Positions 1-20,425 of a stretch of 64,000 nt of DNA are shown one piece after another (the stretch's first letter is position 1; each line of letters starts with the position of its first letter). The stretch lies in the NCBI RefSeq assembly GCF_009914755.1, contig NC_060925.1; one strand, written 5' to 3'. Source of the stretch: the human T2T-CHM13v2.0 reference genome, Homo sapiens. A program made the position numbers and the translations under genes. The notes beneath the pieces were generated by a model, which was not told the DNA's origin, did not search any database, and was given only the letters and a program-made list of their open reading frames with translations.

Positions 1-83
1 TTACAGTGCAGTGGCACTATCAAGGCTCACTGCAGCCTTGACCTCCGATTGCTTTTTTTTTCTTTTAAACTGAAGTCTCATAT

Positions 84-114
<31 letters not shown>

Positions 115-202
115 GACAGGGTCTTGCTCTTTTGCCCGGGTTGCAGTGCAATGGCACTATCATGGCTCACTGCAGCCTTGACCTCCCAGGCCAAGTGATC
201 CT
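1..202 (-). mobile_element. Two old Alu (AluJ/FLAM-like) fragments with a (TTTA)n tail
   Basis: gctcactgcagccttgacctcc motif occurs twice; TTTA array at about 81-113. Confidence 0.75.
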
Positions 203-494
203 TAGCGAACTAATGCAGGAACAAAAAACCAAATACTGCGTGTTCTCACTTATAGGTGGGAGCTAAATGGTGACAATACATGGACACATAGAGGGGAACA
301 ACACACACGAACCTATCAGAGGGCAGAGGTTGGGAGAAGGGAGAAGATCAGGAAAAATAACTAATAGGTACTAGGCTTAATACCTGGGTGACAAAATAAT
401 CTGTAAAGCAAACCCCCATGACACAAGTTTACCTATAGAACAAACCTGCACATGTACCCCTGACCTTAAAATAAAAGTTAAATTAACAAAAAAA
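203..494 (+). mobile_element. L1 3' end (older L1PA/L1PB type)
   Basis: gttctcacttataggtgggagctaaat ... aaacctgcacatgtacccctga ... aataaaagt followed by an A tail. Confidence 0.85.
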
Positions 495-602
495 GAGGAC
501 TCAGGGAGAGGGAGTGGAGAAGGAGGAAAGAGGAGAGAGGGGAGAGGAGAGGAGACAGAGAGACTGGAGACAGAAAGAAAGAGAGAGAGACAGAGAGAGA
601 GA
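495..602. repeat. GA-rich low-complexity tract
   Basis: (GGAGA)/(GA)n purine run. Confidence 0.85.
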
Positions 603-608
603 TACTAT

Positions 609-1765
609 TGGCTGCAGCAGGGAGGTGCAGCTGGGGCCGTACACTGCATGGAGCCGGTGGGAGCCCTGCCCCTTCTGAGTTGGGATGGAAGCTGCCTGTG
701 CTACTGCAGCCACCCAAACCATAGCTGCGGACCCAAGCCTCCTGCTCTTTGGAGCAGGCAGGAGCCCTGCCCTCCCACCCAAACTGCAGCTGTGGATTCG
801 AGCCTTTCTTGAGGGAGCAGGCAGGATCTCCCCTCCTGGGTGCTGTCGCAGCTGCCTGACCTGCGGCTGCAGACCTGGGCCTCCCGTTCCACAAAGCAGG
901 CAGGGGACGGGAAAAGGGGGAGCCCTGCCTCTTCTGAGTTGGTGGGGTGGGAGCTCTGGGGTGCAGCTGTGGCTGCCCTCCTAGGCATGCAGCACCTGGG
1001 CGTCTCTGCAGTCAGCACCCTCGGGTGTCCCAGGAAAGACCCCCTGTCCCTGCAGGCTCAGAGTTGCCTGCTCTCTGATCTTGGAGTGGGGTTGGGACCA
1101 AGCCCCAGGGCCATGAATGGCAGCAGGAGGCAGACAGAGTCCTGGGTGGAAGGGGGCAGGGTCCCCAGTAAGGCCCCACCCTCAGGCCAGGGAGGACCTG
1201 AAGGCTGGGGGCTGGGATGCCAGTCCAGCAGAGTGGAGTAGGGGCTCATGGTGCCTCTTCCAGGCCCAACCATGGCTGCCTATGGACCAATTGGCATGCA
1301 TTTCTTCCCCTCTGAGGTATAAAAGCCCTGGACTCAGCCAGAACAGGGTAGCAGATGGGCAGAGGACAAAGAGGGTAGAGAGACGATAGGAGGACCAGCT
1401 GCAGAGAAGAATGCCTTCTCTGCTGAGAGCTGCAGAGATGACCTGCCAGCAGAGAGGAGGTACCCTCTCCTCTGAGAGCTTCAGAGACCTGCAGAAATGT
1501 CCAAACGACCTGCCTGTGGAGAGGAGCTATCCTCTCCAGAGCCTCCTCTCTACAGAGAGCTGAACACTCCATGGGACAACCTGCCTACTAGAGAGGAGCT
1601 ACCCACTCCTCTGAGCTGTTCTAACACTAAATAAAACTCTTCTTCACCCTTCATTTGTTTGCGTACCTCATTCTTCCTGGACACAGGAAAAGAACTCGGG
1701 CAAAGGTGCCATGGCCACAGAGGTTTCTGGCCAAAAAAATCGACACTCCAGAGATCCCGTTAACA
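609..1765 (+). mobile_element. ERV1-class LTR, MER52-like, apparently solitary
   Basis: GC-rich gctgcag/ggagccctgcc internal repeats, TATAAAA at about 1318, AATAAA at about 1630, ends ...gatcccgttaaCA; subfamily recalled from memory. Confidence 0.75.
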
Positions 1766-2077
1766 CTACTGCTTAAATACTTTTGATAGTCACAGCCCTA
1801 AAAGATACTTCAGCATGAAAGAGTTGAAATAACAGCCAGCCCCAGCACTGGCCTCTCAGTCAACTAAAAGTCAATTAAAAGACACAACCCCAATCCTTGG
1901 AAAATGAAGTCCTTATTGTTCAACCTGGCACCAGCAAGCTGCACCAGAAATGGTGTGATGCCAGTTTCCTGGTGGTCTGCCACTGGGCTGGGTACTGGTA
2001 AGTTCTATGCAAAATTCCCAAATTCACTGAAATTTATCAGACTCTTTTTTCATTATGCAATCCCCTGGTGTTGATAA

Positions 2078-2814
<737 letters not shown>

Positions 2815-2995
2815 TGATGTATTTATTGACATAAAGATTATTCATAAAATTTCCTCACCCACTTTTATGTATAGAATCTGTGCTGATGTTACCGCTTTCA
2901 TTCCAGATATTAGTAATATGTACCTTCTTTTCAAACTTTTTTTCACGATCAATCTGGCTAGAGGTTTATCACTTTTATCTTCTCAGAGAACCAGC

Positions 2996-3096
2996 TTTTT
3001 TTTTTTTTTTTTTTTTTTTTGAGACGGAGTCTCGCCCTTTTGTCCAGGCTGGAGTGCAATGGTGCAATCTTGGCTCACTGCAACCTCCACCTCCTG
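2996..3096 (-). mobile_element. Severely 5'-truncated Alu with a 14-bp TSD
   Basis: GAGAACCAGCTTTT at 2986 and 3097 flanks poly(T) plus about 76 bp of Alu 3' end. Confidence 0.88.
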
Positions 3097-4014
3097 GAGA
3101 ACCAGCTTTTGATTTCACTGGTCTTTCTCTAAAAATTTTTCTATTTCATTGATTTCTGATATAATGTTTATTATTTCCTTTATTCTATTTGCTTGGAGCT
3201 TCATTTGTTCTTATTGTTCTAATTTCTTTTTTTTTTTTTTTTGGTGATAGGGTCTTGCTCTGTTGCCTGGGCTGGTCTCTCAAGCTCCTGGGCTCAAGCA
3301 ATCTTCCTGCCTTGGCCTCCCAAAGTGTTGGGATTATAGGCATGAGCCATTGTGTCTGGCCTTATTTTTCTAATTCTTTAAGGTTGAAGCTGAGGTTATT
3401 GACCTTTCTTCTTTTCTAAATATCGATGATATGTTGTGGTTTTGTTTTCATTCAGTTAAAAATGTTTTTTACTATCATGTTTGATTTCTTCTTTGACCCA
3501 TGGGTATTTAGAAGTATGTTGTTAAGTTTCTCAGTATGCATTGCCCTAATTCTTAAAGGTTAGTTCAGCTGCACAGGGAATTCTACATTTACTGCTCGTT
3601 TCTCAGCACTCTGAGATTATTCTACCATCTTCTGGCTTTCATGGTTGCTACTGCAAAGTCTAATTTTTTGTGTATTTTTTTTTTGAGGGGGAGGCAGGTA
3701 AGTAATGTGCTTCTTCTTCCCAGCTTCTTTAAAATCTTTCATCTGTCTTTGGTATTATGCAGTTTCACTAAAATATAATTATCCTGTATTGCATATATGG
3801 GCTTTCATTATAGATTTGTATATTTTATCACTTCTAGAAGTCTCAGCCACTGTCTCTTCAAATATTGCCTCTTCTCCATTTAGGCTAATTTTCCTTCTGG
3901 GACTCCAATTAGATAGGTTAGATGTTCTCTCATTCTTTCCTCCAAATCTCCTAACATATTAACATATCTTAGATAGCTACCTACAGATTTTGGTGTGTGT
4001 GTGTGTGGCTTTTG

Positions 4015-4312
4015 TTTATTTATTTTATTTTTTATTTTTGATAGGCTCTCACTTTGTCTCTCAGGTTGGAGTGCAGTGGTGTGATCGTATCTCACTGCAG
4101 CCTTAAACTCCCACGCTCTAGTGATCCTTCTGCCTCAGTCTCTCGAGTAGCTTACGACTACAGGTGCACCAATACACCTAGCTATTTTTTTTTAGTAGAG
4201 ACAGGTCTCACTATGTTGTTCAGGCTGATCTCCAACTCCTGGCTTCAAGAGATTCTCTTGCTTCAGCCTCCCAAAGTGCTAGGATTATAGGCATGAGCCA
4301 CTGCACCCAACC
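4015..4312 (-). mobile_element. Alu (AluJ-like)
   Basis: Diverged Alu dimer. Confidence 0.85.
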
Positions 4313-5737
4313 TTTTCTTTTCTTTTCAAATCTCTTTAACCATTTTGACTAGTCTCTTGTTTGCTCATTTTTGTGATTCTTTCTTTTACTATAGTGTTAT
4401 TTTATACTCTGAATGATAATTCCATTACCTCAAGTCCATGGGGTCTAAATCTACTACTTATTGTCTGTTTACTTTTATCTTTACTTCTTTAATTGTATGT
4501 TAAATGAACACCAAGTGTCAACTCATATATTTAAATAATTTGGATTTGTAGAAAATAAGGGGACCTAAGTTGAGGATGTTTCTCCAAAGAGCATTTTGAT
4601 TTGCTGCTTCTGGGAGCCAAGGTAATACTGAACTGGGACTAAGTCAACTTTTTCCATGACATCTGACAGCATTTGTAATAGTATCTTCCCACTGGGCTAT
4701 GTGTCCTTTGGGCAATATGCCCTTCACATGTAATTACTATTCACAGTTCAGGTTTCATCTCTGGCTTTTCCCCCTCATTAATTCTTTTTGTCCCTTTGAA
4801 GGAAATTACTTCCACCTCTTCTAAGTCCAGTAACACATCAGAAGTTATGCTTCATGCAGGTTCTTATTGCTGTGGCAAGAATGCTCTTCAGTGTTCCAGA
4901 CTACAACCAAAAAGAAAGCTAATGTCTGTAGCAACCTAATATAATATCTTTATCCAGAACAAAATACTTATTTTAAAGTCATTTTCAGATTGCATTCTTG
5001 TTCTCTTTTTACCTATGGTGATTTTTTTTCTCCTTATTCCTGATTTTGTTGGCTGTCTTAGCTTTAGTTTTCCTCATGAGTTTTAGGATTTTGATTTTCA
5101 GTAACGTTTTGAGAGAGTTTTGTTTTCTTTCTGTTACTTTTCTTGATCTAATTTGTTTTATGGTTACCTCAACCTAACAGCCCACAAATCCTCCTATAGG
5201 ACCAGATTATACTGATCATGGGGTCTTCTGTTTTGTAGATTTCTGGATCTAGTTACCAGTCAGTAGGCAGGATAGCTAAGGTTCTGGGTATAAGACTGTG
5301 TCTACTTCCTTGCACTTATTTACCTGTGTAGTTTCAAGCTATAAGCTTGTCTCTAATCTTCTACCTTATAAGGGTATTAATGGTCTCCATTCCCCACAGA
5401 ATAACTTCTGGCTGCTTCTGGCCTGCCATCAGACCCAGAAATCAGGAGACAGCTTTGGCCCTGTCACCCTGCTTTATTTGTTAACTTCATTTCTGCTTGC
5501 TGTAGCTTGTTTTTCTATAGGTTGCTAAGTCTTTTACATTTTCTTTTTTTAAATATCAATCATCTGATGACCACACAGTTGGAGTGGCTTTAAAAGCATG
5601 AACTTAAAAGGACATCTTTACCAAGATTCCTATTTTGATGCAATTTTAACGACTGGAATACGAAGGAAATTACCTTCACTTCCTCTATGAAATAGATCAA
5701 CTACTATCAAACAGCAAAACATAAGCCTTGTTCTTAC

Positions 5738-5836
5738 CTGCTCCAAAAGAAAATTATGTACATCTTCTCCTTCTGGTAAAAAGTCCTTCCAGCTGAGGTC
5801 AGCCTCCCTCCATAAGGCTCCCACTTTCTTATGGCT
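5738..5836 (-). CDS. EIF4G3: eIF4G3 coding exon, 99 nt, phase 0-0: [33 protein letters not shown]
   Basis: attttag|AGC ... CAG|gtaaga; LWREAxLSWxxFLPEG motif. Confidence 0.96.
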
Positions 5837-6800
5837 CTAAAATAGAGATAAATCCAATCCATTTACTTTCACAGTGGAAGAAGAAACAGAAAAAAAAAAA
5901 AAAAAAAAGATTTGCTTGAAGTCAAACAGTGCAAACCCCAAAAAGCTGAAAAATCAAAACGTTTCCAGCAGGGCATGGTGGTGCACACCTGTATAGTCCT
6001 AGCTACTAGGGAGGCTGAGGTGGGAAGACAGCTTTCACCCAGGAGTATGAGTCTGGCCCAGGCAACACACACAGCAAGACCAGTCTCGAAAACAAACTTT
6101 TCCTCACTGATAAAAAGTTAATCTCTTAAGACTTGTGACTTTCAAACTAAGATGTCTGAATGCACATAAATACAATGGTGAATAATTGAAGTACAGCTGC
6201 TTAAGATTAAATAATTGATTTATGAGGTGACTAATCTGGGGAGCTACAGCTGGTTATTTGGGATTTATAAACATCAAAAAAAGTCCAATACACAGAGTTT
6301 ATAAATTCCACACTGTGTCTTTTCCTAGATAGCTCTGTATGTATCTGCTATTAAAGCCATTCAAGAAGCCTCACTAGAATCCCTCTTCATAATAGATCAC
6401 AGCCATGCTGCCTGATACAAGGAGGCTTAAAGCAGTTGTTGCTCCTGAACCAGGAATGAGAAGTGTTTCAAGGGCAAGAAGCACAAGGTTGAGCCCAAGA
6501 GAGAGAATAAAGAAGAGCTGTTGACAGGTAGAAAAAAGTGAAGAGGTACAAGTCCTCTACCTGAAGAAAGTTACAGTGACAACGGAAAATGCCAGGTTTG
6601 AGGCTGTTGCTGTCATCTGAGAGGTATGTATTAATTACTTCATAGAGTAACTTGTCCAAGGCATAGCTGAAAATATAGTTGAACCAGAATTTGAACTCGG
6701 CCATCTGGCTCCAAAGCTTATACTATATGAGAATTTAGTTTTATTTGGAAGTAGGGTTGTGCTGTTTCTACACATCAAAGTTAGTAAGAATGTGAGTTTT

Positions 6801-7423
<623 letters not shown>

Positions 7424-8252
7424 AGAATGTGAGTTTTAAATAAGGACTAAAGTCAAGTAGGTCGGAGAGGAGGAAATTTTGGACATAAAAACTAGGGTTC
7501 AGTAAAAATTTTAGTGCCATTAAGCAAAGAGTAGTATTAACAAATAGTCAACAGAACTAGAGACCAGGATATTTAGTACATCTGTTTATGAATAACTACC
7601 ACACAAATGGGATACAGAAGGACTTCTGTATCAGAGGGAGGAATGAAACACTGACTTTAAACATTAAAATCTATCATCCAATATCTTTGAGTCAGGCGTA
7701 AGTAAGTCAGAAATCACTCCAGAATCTTCATTTCTGAGTTCTGTTTTGTTTTGACATCTCTCATCCCTCTCATCCTAGACATTTTATTCCCTTTGTGATG
7801 CCACAACACTTCCCCAAACCTCTTAGACTTCTAACAAAGCACTTTCACTCTTTTGAAATTATTGGTTTAGATTTATCTGTTCCCACTTTATAGACTGACA
7901 GCCTGCCATAGACTGACAGCCTCCAGCTCTATGGAGCTTTTCGTTGAAATCTATTAAAACATATAAATGATATATCCATTTTGTTTCAAAGGAAGAAAAA
8001 ATCAACTACAAATAAAACATGACTTGAGATTCTTTAGAATTATACCAAATCTAGTCGAGATTTGATAATTCTGCCCCAAGATATTAGCAAACAGAAGGAC
8101 AAATGCACCTCAGAAAGAAACTGGGTTGAAGCAGAGACCTCATTCTTAATTACTTGCACCCTGAGACCTAAGCTATTCACAGATAACCCAAGATCAAGAT
8201 CACTGCCCTTCCTAATAATACTGTTGAGTCTGACACTCAGTGTAACACTCAC

Positions 8253-8334
8253 CATTTGTTTGCATAGTAGGTGCAATATTTCAGATAGCAAGACCCCAGC
8301 TCTTCCAACAGGAAGTAAAGGTTTGCTAAATTCT
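8253..8334 (-). CDS. EIF4G3: eIF4G3 coding exon, 82 nt, phase 2-0: IEFSKPLLPVGRAGVLLSEILHLLCKQM
   Basis: ttttacag|A ... ATG|gtgagt. Confidence 0.96.
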
Positions 8335-8663
8335 CTGTAAAAGATAGGAGCAGTGATTAAGTATCTCTAAAGAAATCCTTTCTTCTAGAACAAGAGGCAA
8401 ACAATGTGTGACCAAAAACCAGATACTGTGCAACCTACATAATACTGGGCAAGCCAAAGCTCCAGGACATGCTCTAAGTCATTTTCAGGAGAAGTTCCTG
8501 AAAAGGTACATGTGAGTTCTTGGTTTTTACCTTTTTCTTTAACCACTTCAGTGACAGAAGCAACACAAAGATCAGATGTGGTAATCTGTTTGTTTATGTA
8601 AGTTCTGCTTCAAGCTAAAATGAGAAGCACCTTAGGTAACAGGGAGTTGTGATGCTTTTATAA

Positions 8664-8965
<302 letters not shown>

Positions 8966-9782
8966 ATATATAAAGTATTTTTAAGAAAGGAAGCTTTTCT
9001 TTATAGATGAAATTATGGATGAAACAGCAAAGGGGCCAATTTTGTAACAGTCTAAATCAGCATTTACCAAACTGTGTTCCATAGGATATCTATACTCTAA
9101 GTGAGGCAATGCTGAATTAAACAAAGCTAACTAGTTTTTATTTATTGCTTTACTATAGGACTGTCATAAACTTTAATATGCTAAGTATGTTTTGTTAATC
9201 TCAAAGAAAAGGGACATGACCATGTGCAAAGTTTGACTATATAAACAACTTTTGTGGAAACACTAGTGTTTCGAAGAACAGAGTTTGGGAACCACCGGTC
9301 TATATAACGTAGCATCCATTCCCCACTCACATCCAAATGTAGGAATACTTGAGATCTCAGTTTGTTTTATTATAATCATCCTTTTATTATAATCATGAGC
9401 ATGTACTATGGGGTAATGCAGTCTGACAAGTTACAATGGGAAAATATAACTACTTACAGCACTACTGCAATGATAGACACAAAAGCCAGATGAACATTAA
9501 GCTTCTAGAAGCAGTCATCTTCCAGTTACACGATTCTGGAGCCAATCTATCATCGCCACTACCCTCAACAGACCACAGGGCTATCATATCCCCAGAATAT
9601 CTCAGGTGTAGACCTAGCATAAGGTAACATTTTTACACTGAAATCAGAAGTCTTAAAGAGTCACAGCCTGCATTCATGAGTCTCCAAAGGCGATAATGGG
9701 ACAGTACTATGATAGAGAGCTAGCAAGTGAGTTATTAGTCAGTTCTACCTGATATATATCAAGAGAAACAAGTATAACTTAC

Positions 9783-9908
9783 ATGGTAAGTTCTCTCATG
9801 GAGATTCCACCTTCTTTTAACATGGGGGTCACCAGTTCAGCAAGGTACAACCAAATATGGGGAATATCAATGGCCATGTCATCTGCCAATTCCAAAGTTT
9901 CTGAAAAA
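9783..9908 (-). CDS. EIF4G3: eIF4G3 coding exon (MA3), 126 nt, phase 2-2: [42 protein letters not shown]
   Basis: ttttcag|T ... AT|gtaagt; [12 protein letters not shown] hallmark; read by hand. Confidence 0.96.
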
Positions 9909-11915
9909 CTGAAAAGGAACAGGGGGTAAAAATCACATGCAAATGTAATTCAAAAGTTAAAATTAAATAAAGAGATAAAAAATCAGTCAACAAATACATA
10001 TTAATCACCTGCTATGTTAGGTACAGTCTAGCCACAAAGTGACTGGTAAATACATTACCATTCTCAAAGAGATTATGTTAGCGTGGGGGAAAAAGACTAG
10101 AACAGACAAAAGCATACTTGCAAATAGGGCTAATACTCTGAAGAACATGAACTATGTACAAGAAGGAGGTCAGAAAATACCTCCATATAAAGGTGACATT
10201 TGAAAGCCTTAAATGATGAAAAGAAGGACAGTCCTGTGAAGTTCTAGGGGAAAAATTATCCATTTAATCCTGCACTATAAAGAATTCACCACAGTTGAAT
10301 ATCATATTCTCTGAGTCAGTCAAAAGCACTGACTAAACACTTACTGTAAAACACAAAAATCTGTGTCCTTGAGGAATCTTACAATGGGGAAAAAACTGGA
10401 TGGATATAAAAGAGTCTGGCAACATTACTAACACTATCATCATTATTACATGTTACGAACTGTTCTATCTCTACAGAAAAGCTAATGGTTTCAGGCTTTT
10501 GTGCTATGAATTATAAATATTTCTCAATGTCAAGCAAATGGGAATTAAATATAAAACTTAGGAAAATCAAATATAAAATACCAGCACTCTTATGTAGGCT
10601 AAAAATCATAGCTGTTCATTTGGAAGTATAAACAAACAACTCAAGACTTTGTTAATTATTTCCACATACAATATATAATAAAGTACAAAAGCAAATGAAT
10701 TTAACTACAGGAGACATACACATAATTGCAAGTCATAAGGAAAGGGAGGAATGAATTGAAGAGCTAAGAGCAGGTGGTAATTGTATGCATGCCCTTTCAG
10801 ATCTCTACAGTTGTAAAACGTGTGCTTTTCCACTGCAGTTCCAGGTTCTAGCCAAAGTATGCCACCCTTTTTTCAGAGGCCTACATCTCACTAAAACTTT
10901 TCACTTAAAAAGAGCTACCACCATAGGCAGGGTCACCATTCTGAAGCTGCCACTTCAAAACAGTTTGCAGCTCAGCCATATTATCTAACTCTGGGCTTCA
11001 TGAATCCTTAATTCCAACTTTCTGACCTCACAGCTTGCAATTATTTGATGCCGAGGACGGTGTCTGTGCTATGGCAAATAGATGTCAAATAATTGCAGGT
11101 TCTCTCATTATGTGCATACTTTGGGTTCAGTTAATGTACCACTGATGAAATATAATCTAGCTGGACTCCAGGATTTCTAGGTTAACCACCTGATCCTGCC
11201 AACTCATGCTCTGTGGGCTAGCAGCATAAATTAAGCTGTTTAATGGGCCCAAGAGACAACTGTAGCCATGCTGGTCTTTCAGCAGTGTACCTGCTGCTAT
11301 TTTTATCTCATATATTTTATCTCATTACAAATAAAATATACCCATATTCTTGCTTTGGTTTTTTATGCCTTGATCAGTCAGTTCATCATGGGACAGTCCA
11401 CAGAACACAATCAGTGGTCAAATCTATACTGCTAACAAAAAACTTTTTTGGCTGAACATAGGATTTCCATAGAACAAGCCTGTAAGAAGCTTATTTTTTT
11501 TTCAGGTTTACAGTTCTTAAATCCTGTTGCATGATTCTAAAAGAAAAATCTTGAGTGTGCTGAAGCACCTAGGTAATAACTGTCTTTATGTCTTTGCACT
11601 ACTACATAGCCTATATTAATGCTTTGCACCACACGTTATTTTCTAAAAGCTGAAAAAATGAAACAGAGCTACATCATACCCTTGCCTCTTGGCATGTAGT
11701 GACCATCACAGTCATTGGACTGTCAGGCTTTTCTTTGGGTGGAAGGAAAAAACCACAGCCACTGGACTGAACTTTGGTAAGGTCTACATAGATGAGACTG
11801 CAGATATCCCTCCGCCCATTTCAACTACAAAAGCTCCACTTCATTTTATTTACTGGGTTTTTGTGTAAAATTTTAATTGAAGAAAGGGATACATGATTAA
11901 AAGAAAAATATTAAA

Positions 11916-12244
11916 TTTTTTTTTTTTTTTTTTTGAGAAAGCCTTCAATCTTTAAAATGTTCCTGGGCAATGTGGGATGGAGGTAGAGGAAATATTTTTT
12001 CCTGTAGTACCTTAGAAGGCAGGAGAAAAAGAGCCATTGCCAAAACCAGAAAGGCCAGAAAGATCTCCCGTGTTAGTGTTAGCAATAGAATTTCCAAAGC
12101 CTCACCAGCTCCCTCCTGCCCATAAGCCAGGGAACAGCTTCTGCCAACCTGATCGATTCTTTGCCTTTGCATTTTTCTTTTTTTTTTTTTATGTTACCAG
12201 AAAATAAGGATCATTTTATTGTTTTCCTTCCAATCATCTTACTT
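11916..12244 (-). other. Putative L1 3'-transduced DNA: two segments, each closed by its own poly(A)
   Basis: Poly(T) at 11916-11934 and about 12171-12190; lies inside the TSD of the adjacent L1. Confidence 0.75.
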
Positions 12245-14604
<2,360 letters not shown>

Positions 14605-14649
14605 TAAAGTTCTGATAAGAAATCTTTCAAAAAAGCAAAATAATGCTAC

Positions 14650-16719
<2,070 letters not shown>

Positions 16720-16720
<1 letters not shown>

Positions 16721-17183
16721 CAATCCTCCTACCTCAGCTTCCTGAGTAGCTGCAGCTATAGGCACCCACCACCATGCCCAGAGAGTTTTTGTATTTTTTG
16801 GTAGAGATAGGGTTTCACCATGTTGCCCAGGCTAGTCTCAAACTCCTAGGCTCAAGCAATTTGCCCACTTTGGCCTCCCAAAGTGTTTTTTATTTTTAAA
16901 GATAGGATCTCACTCTGTTGCCCAGGCTGGGGTGCAGTGATGCTCTCGCAGTTCACTACAGCTTGAACTCCCGGGCTCAAGCAATCTTCCTGCCTCAGCC
17001 TCCCAAGTAGCTGTAATTATTGGCACGTGCCACCATGCACAGCCAATTTTTTTGTTAATTTTTTTTACAGATGGGGTCTTGCTATGTTGCCCAGGCTGGT
17101 CTTGAACTCCTGGCCTTAAGCCATCCTCCCATCTTAGCCTCCCTGGTAGCTGAGATTACAGGAATGAATCACTGTGTCCAGCC
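16720..17183 (-). mobile_element. Partial Alu followed by an AluJ-like element
   Basis: Alu motifs on the minus strand. Confidence 0.82.
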
Positions 17184-17779
17184 TACATAGGGTCTTTTAC
17201 CAATGTAGAATTGCCGTAAGCAGTAATAAAGGTTCCAGAAAAGTATTCAAGGAAGAGATAAGAATTTCCTCTCTAACAAAACATCTCCCAAAGTGAAATA
17301 TTAATGTATCAATCTTCCTCTAGGGTACATATTTTGTGTCTATTGTCCACTCTAATTTTTACAACCTTGGTCTTCATTTGTTTATTATACTTTCAAAGTC
17401 ATTCCAGTTCTGTGACTAACAGCAAACTGCACTCAACTATATTTACTAGACGGTTTTTAAAAAGAAGTTTTCTGAAATCATGATATAAAAAGACTATCAA
17501 CACACTGTTTGAAGTGCATGTACCTATACAATAATGCTTCTACCTATCTACCTACCAACCTAACTAGGGTCATAAAGTATTTAGATTCAAGTCCTGAAAA
17601 TATCAGGACGATGGCTTGATGTTTTCTTTGCGGAGATATGTTTCACATACAGCAACTATTATGCTCACAGTTGATATAACATCTTGTAAGGAAAATTCCA
17701 AAGGACCTAAAAGCTATATTCATAAAGCCTATTTGAAACTTTTGTCTATTTTACTACTTTGCAGCAGTGCATACTCTAA

Positions 17780-18139
<360 letters not shown>

Positions 18140-19322
18140 TGGCTTTCTGCTTTCTAACCTTCCCAGAGTTATCATTGGCTTGGCGAGCTAGGCAGAAACT
18201 GCTTCCCCAACTGTTCAGAAGTTGACATCTAAGCAGTAGCAGCACCCAAAACAGCTGATCTCAGAGGCTCTTCCACAATACTATGGAAGGACAATACTAT
18301 CTTTGTAGGTTAAGAATAAAGAAGCAAAAGACAGGGTATCTTCATGGCTCCAATGAAATGGCCTCTCTAGACAGTATGAACCATTTATAACTCAGGCTTT
18401 AGAAGGGATTGTGAAATTCTGATCTGCTTGCAAGAAAGCTCTTGGTGGACACTGACATGAAGCAATCCCTACATTTCCCTCTTAGAAAAAGGTGGCACTA
18501 AATTGTCAGGCCTCTCCATTTAGAATAAAATAGTACAACTTTTACATGTCTTGGTCTAAGGTCCAAGACTGGTTAGGTCTAAGCATCGAAGGTTAGGCCT
18601 GGAGTCACTGCACTGCCTCTAGCTGCAGACGGAAGCAGGTATGGTGAAACATGAAGTAATTGCTGAGACACAGAAGTGTTAACCTCATTTTATGTCTAAA
18701 TAAAAGGTAGTAGTGTGGTAATTATTGCCGGCAACAGCAATTCTAACACCAACAACAAAACTGTAGCCACGTCTGGTTATGATATTTTTTCTTCAGAGAA
18801 TCCCACAAAGGGAGAAATGCAAATGTCTGAGATATCCGAGAGACTAAGCTAGTATCTCACAAGTTCAATTATAGCCAATAAAGGTAGACTATGCTTCTGG
18901 GCATCTTTATAGATATGAATCAACTTCCGAGTATAGTTTGAAGAGACAGAAAATGGTAAATGATAATTTACCATTATCATTTCCAGAATTTTCTGAGGAA
19001 TGTAGCATAATATCTGGGTAATAAGTAACTATTTATAAATGGATATCCTCGTCACTCCAACAGTATTATTTCTAGGAAATTATAGTTTCAAGTCTGCTGG
19101 GAGGACCATATTCAATCTGATTGTGAGGGTGTACATACCTTTATTTGCTCTTACCATTTGCACTGGCTAGTTACTGGACTGAATTGGAGGCTTCTCTTTT
19201 AAAACTGGGAAACCATCCTGGCCTTAAAAACCAATAACCACAGCAACTTTTGCCAAAGTGTCTTACTAACTGGTTCAAATGGCCTTAATTCAGAGCAATC
19301 TAGCTTATTGCTGAAAGAAAAC

Positions 19323-20046
<724 letters not shown>

Positions 20047-20149
20047 AAGAAAACTTTTTAATGGTCCTAGGGGCAAGTATAAATTTTCTAGGACCTAGAA
20101 GACAACGCTGTCATTGCTTGCAAAGTCAAACGAATAAATTCAACAATGA

Positions 20150-20425
<276 letters not shown>

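Noticed and set aside
478-1572. Eight overlapping ORFs up to 138 aa
   Set aside because: They lie in a GC-rich LTR and GA tract, are open on both strands, and show no recognisable protein
9783-9791. Perfect plus-strand donor ATG|GTAAGT implying an antisense exon
   Set aside because: Explained by the palindrome at the EIF4G3 donor; no plus-strand exon is evident
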